The notes under the pieces: model-generated | What the model was told of the DNA's origin: nothing | Seen by the model: the letters and a program-made list of their open reading frames with translations, nothing else | Database searches by the model: none | Shown here: piece by piece, positions 26,969-35,479 of the stretch | How the letters are laid out: every line of letters begins with the position of its first letter | How positions within the stretch are numbered: the first letter of the stretch is position 1 | Made by a program: the position numbers and the translations under genes | NCBI RefSeq assembly: GCF_039530285.1 | Contig: NZ_BAAAOK010000005.1 | Coordinates: forward strand, 289,961-353,960 | Reading direction: 5' to 3' | DNA from: Actinomadura alba | GTDB taxonomy: Bacteria > Actinomycetota > Actinomycetes > Streptosporangiales > Streptosporangiaceae | DNA: 64,000 bases

Positions 26969-28252
26969 TCACGCGTCCGCTCGCTGAACCGCCGGCGCCG
27001 CGGTGGTGGAAGCGGCGAGGAGGGACTTCAGGGGAATGGCGGCGTCGCCGGCGCGGTCCGGGGCGATGGTCACTCCCTGGCCGAGCGCCTTACGTACGGC
27101 CATGTAGTCGGCCGGGCGGTTGACGGCGTCGATGGCCAGCAGCCGGTTCTGCCGGTAGTAAAGGACCGAGAAGCGCTCGTCATCCGGCTCACCGCGCACG
27201 ACGTAGTCGTCGTAGCCGGCGGCAAGGCCGGCGATCTGCAGCTTGAGGTCACCCTGGTAGGACCAGAACCACGGCACCGATTTCACGTCGTCAAGCCGGC
27301 CGAGGAGCGTCGCGGCCGCCACTCGGGCCTGGGCCACGGCGTTCTGGACCGACTCCAGCCGTACCCTCCCCTGCCCGGTCATCGGGTGCGGCTGCACGGT
27401 GCAGTCGCCGGCGGCGACCACCGAGGGGTCGCTGGTGCGGGCGTGGGCATCGACGACGATGCCCTGGTCGCACACGAGCCCCAGCTGCTCGGCCAGCTCG
27501 GTGCGCGGGAGGACGCCGACCCCGACCAGGACCAGATCGGTCGGCAGGTGCGTGCTGTCGGAGAGTTCGACGCCGGTCACCCGGCCCCTTTCACCGTCGA
27601 AGCCGGACACGCCCGAGGACAGCCGTACGTCGATGCCGCGGCGCAGGTGCGCCTGACGGTAGAACTCCGAGACGACGGGTCCCACGGCTCGGGCCATCAG
27701 CCGCTCCGCGGCCTCGACCACCGTGACGGACCTGCCAAGAGCGCGGGCCTCCGAAGCCACCTCCAGGCCGATGAATCCGCCGCCGACGACGACGACCTTT
27801 GAGGCGGTCGCGAGCCGCGCCCGCAGGTCCGCGGCATCGTTGTGGTCGCGCAGGTAGCAGATCCCGTCAAGGTCCGCCCCGGGCAGGGCAAGCCGCCTGG
27901 GGCCGGCTCCCACGGTCAACGCCAGCCGATCGAAGGGCAGTTCGCGCCCGTTCGCTGTCGCCGCGACTCCAGAGCCCGGGGGGCCCGATGGGGACAGGCC
28001 CAACTCGCTGACCCGCTCACCGCACACCAGGTCGATCCCGGAGTCGGCATAGAAGGCGGGCGCACGAAAGGCCAGCGAGTCGAGCTCCGCCTGGCCGGCG
28101 AGGAACTCCTTGGAAAGGGGCGGCCGCTGGTAGGGCGGATGCGTCTCCTCGCCGACCAAGATGATCGGTGAGGTGTCGCCGAGCTGCCGCAGTGACACGG
28201 CCAGTTGCAGGCCGGCCTGGCTGCCGCCAACGATCAGTGTCCCGTTACTCAT
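26969..28252 (-). CDS. FAD-dependent ferredoxin--NAD(P)+ reductase (putidaredoxin reductase-like)
   Basis: 427 aa; FAD motif LIVGGSQAG, NAD motif VVVVGGGFIGLE, pyridine nucleotide-disulfide oxidoreductase architecture. Confidence 0.85.
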   Translation of the reverse strand: MSNGTLIVGGSQAGLQLAVSLRQLGDTSPIILVGEETHPPYQRPPLSKEFLAGQAELDSLAFRAPAFYADSGIDLVCGERVSELGLSPSGPPGSGVAATANGRELPFDRLALTVGAGPRRLALPGADLDGICYLRDHNDAADLRARLATASKVVVVGGGFIGLEVASEARALGRSVTVVEAAERLMARAVGPVVSEFYRQAHLRRGIDVRLSSGVSGFDGERGRVTGVELSDSTHLPTDLVLVGVGVLPRTELAEQLGLVCDQGIVVDAHARTSDPSVVAAGDCTVQPHPMTGQGRVRLESVQNAVAQARVAAATLLGRLDDVKSVPWFWSYQGDLKLQIAGLAAGYDDYVVRGEPDDERFSVLYYRQNRLLAIDAVNRPADYMAVRKALGQGVTIAPDRAGDAAIPLKSLLAASTTAAPAVQRADA

Positions 28253-28375
28253 CCCGGCCCCCGGAAGTCGGGCCGGGACGACCGCCTAAGTGGAGGCCGC
28301 CTGGCCGCCGGAGCCCGCCATGGGCAACACCGCTGGTCCCTGCGTGACATGGAAACCTCTCATCTGAGGGCTTAA

Positions 28376-28398
28376 TGTAATACCATTAAACCATCGTT
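28376..28398. promoter_or_regulatory. Operator-like AATGTAATACCATTAAACCATCG (direct repeat ACCAT-TAA-ACCAT) in divergent reductase/GntR promoter region
   Basis: Shares exact 11-mer GTAATACCATT with 7240-7250. Confidence 0.3.
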
Positions 28399-28685
28399 CG
28401 GCGAAGTGCTCCCGTCCACCACCACCCCGGGCGCGGGGTCGCCGGATGGTGAGACCCGAACCTGGCCGAGGCCGTCGACGCGGCCGCCGAGGCAGGGCTG
28501 CCGCGCGTGCGTGGTGAAGGCCCAGCGGCTGGACCTGGTGGCGGAGGCGCTGCCGCACTTCCTCTCGCCGCCGTCGTACGCCCGCGTCCGCGACGAGCAG
28601 GGTCGTCCCCGGATACGCACCCTGCTGCTCGCGCGCGAGGGCGAGACCGACGCCCGACACCTTGGGCCACCCCTGAAGGCCTAGG

Positions 28686-28704
28686 ACTATTGGTATGACC
28701 ATAC
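28686..28704. promoter_or_regulatory. Operator-like site ACTATTGGTATGACCATAC about 65 nt upstream of GntR paralog 2
   Basis: 16-mer identical to 16294-16309. Confidence 0.45.
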
Positions 28705-28769
28705 TTCTGCTTAGGCCGTAGAGTGTCAACGAGAACTCCATCGGTCGCGCGATGCGGGAGGATGGGCCC

Positions 28770-29522
28770 ATGGGCGTCGGCGAGAAGAGTGAGGCGACGG
28801 GCACCTCCCCGTCCTCGGTTTCGGATCTGTTCAGTCCCGTCAGCCTGGGCCGCGTGTCACAGGTCATCGTCGACCAGGTCCGGTTGCTGATGCATCAGGG
28901 CCGGCTCAAGCCCGGAGATCGCCTTCCGAGCGAACGTGACCTGTGCGACCGGTTCGGGGTCAGTCGCGTCACGGTGCGTGAGGCGCTCCGGGTCCTGGAG
29001 GCCGGTGGGCTGGTCGAGATCCGTGTCGGGGCCCGCGGCGGGGCCTTCGTCACCACCCCCTCGCGCGCCCGGCTCGGTGAGGGTCTCGCGGATCTGCTCA
29101 AGCTCAGTCCCCTCACGGCGACCGAGGTCACCGAGGCACGCATGGTCTTCGAACTCGGCATCGTTCCGCTCGTGGTCGAACGCGCGACCGCCGACGACAT
29201 CGCCGAACTCAAGGAGATATGCGCACGGCAGCAGGAGGCGCTGAAGGATTCCTCCTACTCGATGACGCTGTCCGCCGAGTTCCACGTCCGGGTGGCCGCG
29301 TGCACGCACAACGCGGCGATCGAGATGCTGGTGCAGAGCTTCCACGGCCCGCTGCTCATGTCGCTTCAGGAGGCCCAGATCGTCGCCCCGCTGATGGGTC
29401 ACCGCGGCACCGCCGAGCACGGCGAATTCGTCGATGCGGTCGAGCGGGGCGATGTCGAGGCCGCCACCGCCATCATGCGCACGCACCTCCAGCGGACCGC
29501 GGATCGGGTCGCCCAGACGTAG
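28770..29522 (+). CDS. GntR-family transcriptional regulator (FCD), paralog 2
   Basis: ORF 28752..29522; ATG 28770 after GGGAGGATGGG; high identity to 12576..13349 (LFSPVSLGRVSQVIVDQVRLLMHQGRLKPGDRLPSERDLCDRFGVSRVTVREALRVLEAGGLV). Confidence 0.85.
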   Translation: MGVGEKSEATGTSPSSVSDLFSPVSLGRVSQVIVDQVRLLMHQGRLKPGDRLPSERDLCDRFGVSRVTVREALRVLEAGGLVEIRVGARGGAFVTTPSRARLGEGLADLLKLSPLTATEVTEARMVFELGIVPLVVERATADDIAELKEICARQQEALKDSSYSMTLSAEFHVRVAACTHNAAIEMLVQSFHGPLLMSLQEAQIVAPLMGHRGTAEHGEFVDAVERGDVEAATAIMRTHLQRTADRVAQT

Positions 29523-29791
29523 GCGACACCGGCTCGAGGGATCCGGCCGCGGAGCCCGCGAGGACGATCGGCTACGCCTGCGCGACCTGCTCGCCCGCCT
29601 CCAGGCCGGCCCCGCGCATTGAGCACCCGAGGTGGTGTTTCAACGTGGGGTCATGAATCGGTCATGTTCCTGCAAAACTCACCCACGGATGTCTCTAGCA
29701 ATCCAGACAAATGCCAATAAAACGTATTATCGGGATCTATGCATCCTAAGCACCAGGCGACAGTCGCGGCGAGCGAGAGGGAGGCGGTGGG

Positions 29792-31225
29792 ATGCTGCCT
29801 TTAGGCCGGCGCTCCGTACGAGTGCGCTCCACGCTCGTCCTTGCCGCGATGGCGTTGATGTCCACCCTCGCGATCGGCGTCATACTCGACACGCTGATCC
29901 GTACCAACGCGCACGACACCGCTCTCGAGGAGACTCAGCGAGCCGCGATCCAGTGGATCGCCAGAGCACGGGCCGGGAGCGCGCCTCACCCGATCCCCAC
30001 ACCCGGTCCGGTCAAGCTGATCCAGCTCGTGGACAACCAGGGCCGGGTCATCGACGCCAGCGCAGCGGCCGACCACATGCCACCGTTGAGCACCATCCGG
30101 CCCCCGGACGACGACCGGATCGAGAACGTGACCGTGTGCCGGTCCGCGGAAGGTTGCGGCATCGTCACGGCGATCCGCTTCGCGTTGACCGACAAACCCG
30201 GGGACGCCGACCCGCATTACGTCTACGCCGGTGTGGAGGCTCCAAAGCTTCTCGCCTCACACGAACTCGAGCTGTTCATCGGCGCCGGTGTCATCGGCCT
30301 GACCGCGCTCGCGGCCGGGATCAACTGGCGGGTGTCCGGCCGCTGGCTCAACGCGGTGGAGTCGGTCCGGATGCAGGTGTCCACGCTGTCGATGAACAAC
30401 CTGGGCACCCGGTTCGGCCAACCGCGTCAACACGAGCTCGCGATGCTGACCGATACCGCCAACCAGGCCCTCGACCGGCTGGAGAAGGCCGTGCGGCAGG
30501 AACAGCAGTTCGCCTCCGAGGCCTCGCACGAGCTCAGATCACCGGTCGCCGGCCTGCATACCCAGCTGGAAGAAGCCCTGCTGTATCCCGACGACGTCGA
30601 TCCGCGCGAGACCATCCGCACAGCACTCTCAGCGACCGACCGGCTCACTCAGATCATCAACGACCTGCTGGTGCTCGCCCGGCTCCGGGCCGATCCGGCG
30701 CCGCAAGAGACCATCGACCTGGGTGAGCTCGTCATCCAGGAGGCCACGGCCAGGTCCCGGGACGTGCCGGTGACCGCCCATGCCACGTCCAAAGTGCCCG
30801 TCCGCGGCCGGCCGATACAGCTGATCCGAGTGATCGGCAACCTGCTGGACAACGCGCAGCGTCACGCGAACTCCCGGGTGGAGATCACGGCGTACCGGCA
30901 GGACGACCTGGCCGTGGTGGCCGTCACCGACGACGGCCCCGGCATCGCACCTGAGGACCGAGAACGCGTCTTCGAACGCTTCACCCGACTGCCCGACGGA
31001 CAGCGCCGCGATCCAGGCGGCAGCGGACTCGGCCTGGCGATCTCGGCCGACATCGCGCACGCCCACCAGGGATCCCTGACCGTGGAGGACTCACCGCTGG
31101 GTGCCCGATTCGTCCTGCGCCTTCCGCTTGTCGAGTCGGCCGACGGACCCGCCCACCCGGCGACCGACCCGGTCTGTTCCGGCGAGCGGTCGTCCAGCGG
31201 ACGGCCGGCTCAGCGGCGGCCCTGA
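29792..31225 (+). CDS. sensor histidine kinase (two-TM periplasmic-sensing, HAMP-HisKA-HATPase), no adjacent response regulator
   Basis: 477 aa; H-box SHELRSPVAGLHTQLE, N-box LLDNAQRHA, G1 DDGPGI, G2 GGSGLGLAI; preceded by a ~150-nt AT-rich stretch (see findings). Confidence 0.8.
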   Translation: MLPLGRRSVRVRSTLVLAAMALMSTLAIGVILDTLIRTNAHDTALEETQRAAIQWIARARAGSAPHPIPTPGPVKLIQLVDNQGRVIDASAAADHMPPLSTIRPPDDDRIENVTVCRSAEGCGIVTAIRFALTDKPGDADPHYVYAGVEAPKLLASHELELFIGAGVIGLTALAAGINWRVSGRWLNAVESVRMQVSTLSMNNLGTRFGQPRQHELAMLTDTANQALDRLEKAVRQEQQFASEASHELRSPVAGLHTQLEEALLYPDDVDPRETIRTALSATDRLTQIINDLLVLARLRADPAPQETIDLGELVIQEATARSRDVPVTAHATSKVPVRGRPIQLIRVIGNLLDNAQRHANSRVEITAYRQDDLAVVAVTDDGPGIAPEDRERVFERFTRLPDGQRRDPGGSGLGLAISADIAHAHQGSLTVEDSPLGARFVLRLPLVESADGPAHPATDPVCSGERSSSGRPAQRRP

Positions 31226-31228
31226 CGC

Positions 31229-32773
31229 TCACAGCCGGTCGCGCAGATCTTCGCCGGCTGATTCGATCAGGTCGCCGACCTTTGTCGCGGCGGTCGTCCC
31301 GGCGGTCTCCGTTCGCCTGCCGAGCAGCCGGAGCAGCAGATCCTGGGCGGAAGGCCGGCGCTCGGGGTCTTTACTGAGGCACGAGTCGACGAGTTCACGC
31401 AGCGGTGACGCCAGGTCGCCCAGGTCGGGCGGTTCGTGCAGGATGCGATGGAAGATGGCCGGGATGCGATCGGTTCCGAAGGGCGGCCGCCCGGTCGCCG
31501 CATAGACCATGACGCAACCCCAGGCGAAGACGTCGGCGGCCGGTTCGACCCGTTTCTCACTGACCTGCTCGGGCGCCATATACGCCGGTGTCCCGATCGC
31601 ACCGATGGTGAGCGTCGAGGTCGCCTCCTCGAACGCCCGGGCGATGCCGAAGTCGATGACGCGCGGCCCATCGGGCCCGAGCAGCACGTTGCCGGGCTTG
31701 AGATCTCTGTGCACGACGCCCGCTTCGTGAATGGCCGCGAGCGCGGCGGCCGTCGCCACCGCCAGCCGGTGCAGGGCGGGCCCCTGCCGTGCCCCCGTCT
31801 GGGCCACCGTCTGCTGCAGCGACAGGCCGGTCACGTACTCGCTGGCGATGTACGGCGGATTGGCGGACAGATCGGCGTCGACCACCTGGGCGATGCAGAA
31901 GGGGGTCACCCGGCGAGCCGCCGAGAGCTCTCGCGCGAAGCGTTCCAGTACCTGGGACTCAGCGGCCAGTTCATCCCGGAGGACCTTCACCGCCACCCGC
32001 TCGTTCGAGTCGTTCTCACCGAGGTACACGACTCCCTGACCGCCCATGCCCAGGCGCTCGATCAGGCGATAGGGCCCCACGCGTTCCGGATCCCCGATTC
32101 GCAAGGGAGTCCCTGCGGTCACCTCGCCGCGCTGGACGTCGTCTCCCCGTGGCTCACGCCTGCCGTCCAGCAGCATCTTCGCGCGTCTGTCCGCCTCGGA
32201 GCGCATCGTCGCCGCGCGCTGGTCGATCTGGGCGCTGAGCAGCCGCTCACTCGCGCTTTGGATGGCCGCCGGCGGATCGAGCGCCTTCAGCTCCGCCCGG
32301 TTCACCTGGACGCCCCATTTGCCGCCGGCCTGGTCGAGCACGTCCCTCAGCCGGACGTCGATGTCCTCCCGTGAGGACAGCATGCGTTGCAGGTCCATGG
32401 CACCGCCGATCTTCCGCAGGGTGACGATGGTGAGCTGCTCGAGCGCGGCGACGTGGTTGGCGACCTCGTACACCGCGGCCGTGGGGTCGACCACCTGGAA
32501 GTAGACGACCGTTTCGGTGTTCACGACCACGTTGTCCGATGTGGTGACCGGCTGAGGGGGAAAGGCGATGACCTGCTCGCGCAGGTCGACGCGGTAGTAG
32601 ATCTGGTCGGCGAACGGGATGACCATCGAGAGGCCCGCGGTCAGGGTGCGGTGATGCCGTCCGAAGCGCTCGACGATGTGGGCTTTGCTCTGCGGCACGA
32701 CGCGTACGGACCTGTAGAGCAGGAGCGCCCCGAGCGCGGCGACGACCGAGGCGATGACGAGCCCGAGCTCCAT
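31229..32773 (-). CDS. SPFH (stomatin/band-7) domain fused to Hanks-type Ser/Thr protein kinase domain, membrane-anchored
   Basis: 514 aa single frame: N-terminal TM helix, SPFH core (IVERFGRHHRTLTAGLSMVIPFADQIYYRVDLRE...VVYFQVVDP...WGVQVNRAELKALDPP), then kinase subdomains GMGGQGVVY, VAVKVL, HRDLKPGNVLL, DFGIA, GTPAYMAPE, DVFAWG. Confidence 0.75.
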   Translation of the reverse strand: MELGLVIASVVAALGALLLYRSVRVVPQSKAHIVERFGRHHRTLTAGLSMVIPFADQIYYRVDLREQVIAFPPQPVTTSDNVVVNTETVVYFQVVDPTAAVYEVANHVAALEQLTIVTLRKIGGAMDLQRMLSSREDIDVRLRDVLDQAGGKWGVQVNRAELKALDPPAAIQSASERLLSAQIDQRAATMRSEADRRAKMLLDGRREPRGDDVQRGEVTAGTPLRIGDPERVGPYRLIERLGMGGQGVVYLGENDSNERVAVKVLRDELAAESQVLERFARELSAARRVTPFCIAQVVDADLSANPPYIASEYVTGLSLQQTVAQTGARQGPALHRLAVATAAALAAIHEAGVVHRDLKPGNVLLGPDGPRVIDFGIARAFEEATSTLTIGAIGTPAYMAPEQVSEKRVEPAADVFAWGCVMVYAATGRPPFGTDRIPAIFHRILHEPPDLGDLASPLRELVDSCLSKDPERRPSAQDLLLRLLGRRTETAGTTAATKVGDLIESAGEDLRDRL

Positions 32774-32997
32774 GAGCGAGCCCTCCCAGTTCCATGATCA
32801 TGATGCCCTGTGGTTCCATCCAACCAAGGGAGGGCCGGCAAAGCAGCGCTTCGCCGATTCGGACACCACCGCTTCATCCGATCCCGGTGAAGGATGCAAG
32901 GAGTATCATTCTGCAACCTCGCCTATTCGGGTGATGTTCAGCGGTCCGCCGGGCCACATTTCACTCTGGCGATACCACCGCTTTCCACCCTGAGCGG

Positions 32998-33840
32998 GTG
33001 ACTCACCACTTCAGAAAACGCGGGATCGGCCTGACCCGCCTCTGCGCCATTGCCGCCACTGTCGTCGCGCTTGCCGCATCCGGCGTGGCGACGACCGTCG
33101 TTTCCCCGCAGCAGCCTGCGCGAGCCGCCGAATCGTCGGGCGGCGGCGCGGTCAGGATGAATCAAATACAGTTCTTGGGCGCCCACAACGCCTATCACCG
33201 GGAAATGCAAGGCGTCGAACTGGCTGAATCGATCAAAATCGACCCCGGCTACCCTTCATGGGGGTTCTATTCGCACGCCTCCATTCCGGACCTGCTCGGC
33301 CGGCAGAACATCCGCTCCGTCGAGCTGGATCTGTTGCCCGACCCGAAAGGCGGGCTCTACCGGCATCCGCTCGCCCGCAAGCGGGCCGGGCTGGGTCCGA
33401 TCGACGATCCGGCCATGGCCGCACCCGGCATGAAGGTGCTTCACGTCGCCGACCAGGACTACAACTCGACCTGCCGGACGCTGGTCTCCTGCATGCAGCA
33501 GGTACGGACGTGGTCGCGCGCCAACCGGCAGCACGTGCCGATCATCTTCCAGCTCGAACTGAAGCAGACGGACGACCGGTGGGAGCGGCTGGGCGGCGCC
33601 GAGAGCCCGCCGTGGGACCCGGCGCTGCTGGACGACATCGACCGTGAGATCCGGTCGGTCTTCAGCGAGACCGAGCTCATCACCGCGGACGACCTACGCC
33701 GGCCCGGCCTCACGCTGGAACAGTCGGTTCTGACGCGCGGCTGGCCGACCCTCGACTCGGCGCGCGGCAAGGTGATGTTCTTCTTCGACAATGGCGGACC
33801 GGGCGCGATCCGTGACAACGACCGCAAGCTGGAACGATAG
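32998..33840 (+). CDS. secreted phospholipase-C-like phosphodiesterase (Ca-dependent PI-PLC-like domain)
   Basis: 280 aa; signal peptide RKRGIGLTRLCAIAATVVALAASGVA; QIQFLGAHNAYH motif; weak SD, GTG start. Confidence 0.45.
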   Translation: MTHHFRKRGIGLTRLCAIAATVVALAASGVATTVVSPQQPARAAESSGGGAVRMNQIQFLGAHNAYHREMQGVELAESIKIDPGYPSWGFYSHASIPDLLGRQNIRSVELDLLPDPKGGLYRHPLARKRAGLGPIDDPAMAAPGMKVLHVADQDYNSTCRTLVSCMQQVRTWSRANRQHVPIIFQLELKQTDDRWERLGGAESPPWDPALLDDIDREIRSVFSETELITADDLRRPGLTLEQSVLTRGWPTLDSARGKVMFFFDNGGPGAIRDNDRKLER

Positions 33841-33864
33841 GCCTCCGCTCGAAGACGAGAACTC

Positions 33865-33905
33865 CCACGGAAGGTGCGGCCCGTCGCGGGCCGCACCTTC
33901 CGTGG
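33865..33905. terminator. Intrinsic-terminator-like hairpin, perfect 19-bp stem, 3-nt loop
   Basis: CCACGGAAGGTGCGGCCCG-TCG-CGGGCCGCACCTTCCGTGG, 25 nt after stop of 32998..33840; no U-tract. Confidence 0.5.
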
Positions 33906-34126
33906 TCCCACTCGACCACGGGGACTGACGGCCCGCCGATCGCTCGGTCGCCATGCCCCGAGGTCGTGGCCACGGCAGCGTGCCTTCAGCGCGAGCCCCG
34001 AGCCCCGGCCTCCCGGTCACGAACAGCCGGTCACGACAGATCGCCGGCCCGTCCAGGCAACCTGACGGGCCGGTCGAGGCGTGAGAAGAAGAGCATGCCG
34101 GGATCGATCCGTCGAAGGGGCTGGGT

Positions 34127-34633
34127 GTGGCAGATCGCGCGGATTATCAGGACTTCGTCGCCGCAGGGTGGCCCCGCCTGCTGCGGCTGGCGTTCCTGCT
34201 GACCCAGGACTGGGCGGCGGCTGAGGATCTCGTGCAGACCGGCCTGGTCAAGGCCTGGTTCGCCTGGCCGCGCATCCGGGGTGAGCCGGAACCCTATGTC
34301 CGGAAGATCATCGTCAATACCCAGACGTCGTGGCTCCGGCGCACTTGGCGCAGCAGGGAGATCACCTCCGCCGCCGTACCCGATCAGGCGGAGGGCCCCG
34401 ACGTCTTCGGCGAGACGAACGACCGGGACGCGGTGTGGGCGGCGTTGCGGCGGCTGCCGCCTCGCCAGCGGGCCGTCCTGGTACTGCGGTACTTCGAGGA
34501 TCTCTCTGAGGCGCAGGTCGCCAAGCTGCTCGGCTGCTCGGTCGGAACGGTCAAGAGCCAGTCCAGCAAGGCGCTGGCGACTCTCCGCATCGACGAGGTC
34601 TTCGTGACCACGATGACGCACGGAAGGGACTGA
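34127..34633 (+). CDS. ECF (sigma-70 family, SigE-like) RNA polymerase sigma factor
   Basis: 168 aa; region 2 AEDLVQTGLVKAW, region 4 HTH VLVLRYFEDLSEAQVAKLLGCSVGTVKSQ; GTG start after GAAGGGG. Confidence 0.85.
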   Translation: MADRADYQDFVAAGWPRLLRLAFLLTQDWAAAEDLVQTGLVKAWFAWPRIRGEPEPYVRKIIVNTQTSWLRRTWRSREITSAAVPDQAEGPDVFGETNDRDAVWAALRRLPPRQRAVLVLRYFEDLSEAQVAKLLGCSVGTVKSQSSKALATLRIDEVFVTTMTHGRD

Positions 34634-34639
34634 CCACAG

Positions 34640-35479
34640 ATGAACACCGATGAGTTCCGGAACCTGCTGAACGACCGCACCGAGCGGGCGCACCTGCGCC
34701 CCGTGCCGCACGACGACCTGCGCGATCGGATCCGGGTGGCCCGGATGCGCAGATTCGTCGCGGTGACGGGCTCGGGGGTGGCGGTGGCCGTCGGTACGGC
34801 GGTCATCATGTCGGTTCCCGAAAGTGATCACGCCGCCACCGTGGCGACCGGACGGACCACGCCGACGGCCGAGCGGACGCTGTCGCCACAGGAGATGCGA
34901 GACATCGTCGCCGAGGTCCAGGCGAACCAGGACCGCCTCGCCCTCGAGAGCAGGTACCGCTGGAACCGCCTGCCGGGAAGAAGCGATCTCGCCTGGCCGG
35001 ACGAGCGCAACGCCCGGCTCGAGATTCGCCCCGGACAGCGGAGACTCGGTCTCTACGCCACCTGCGACGGCTTCGAATCCAATGTCAACGTGACCATCAC
35101 GCTGACCGGCGCCACCTTCCCTCCGGAGTTCAGCGACGGCGACGGCAGAAGCACCGGCTTCAACTGCTTCAAAGGCGGCCTGTACGAACTGACGATCCCC
35201 CGGTCCACGAAAAAGATAACGGTGACGGTCGTCGCAAAGCAGTACGCCGCCCAGTCGCACCCCGAATGGCCCCCGAGCCGGCCACGGACCTGGTCCTTCG
35301 GCTTCTACGAGAAGGGCGCGAAAGTACCGGCCGATCATCCGGCGACCGATGGCCGCTCCGGCCTGCCCGGCCAGGTCGTCAGCGTTGACCACCGCGAGGC
35401 CACGGAGGCCACCAGGCGTCTCACCCGGCGGCTCCAGGAACGGGCCGCGGCCTCCCGACCGAGCGGGACACCGAACTGA
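34640..35479 (+). CDS. putative anti-sigma factor (single-pass membrane protein)
   Basis: 279 aa immediately downstream of ECF sigma; TM helix VAVTGSGVAVAVGTAVIM at ~aa 40-58; GGAAGGGA SD. Confidence 0.45.
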   Translation: MNTDEFRNLLNDRTERAHLRPVPHDDLRDRIRVARMRRFVAVTGSGVAVAVGTAVIMSVPESDHAATVATGRTTPTAERTLSPQEMRDIVAEVQANQDRLALESRYRWNRLPGRSDLAWPDERNARLEIRPGQRRLGLYATCDGFESNVNVTITLTGATFPPEFSDGDGRSTGFNCFKGGLYELTIPRSTKKITVTVVAKQYAAQSHPEWPPSRPRTWSFGFYEKGAKVPADHPATDGRSGLPGQVVSVDHREATEATRRLTRRLQERAAASRPSGTPN

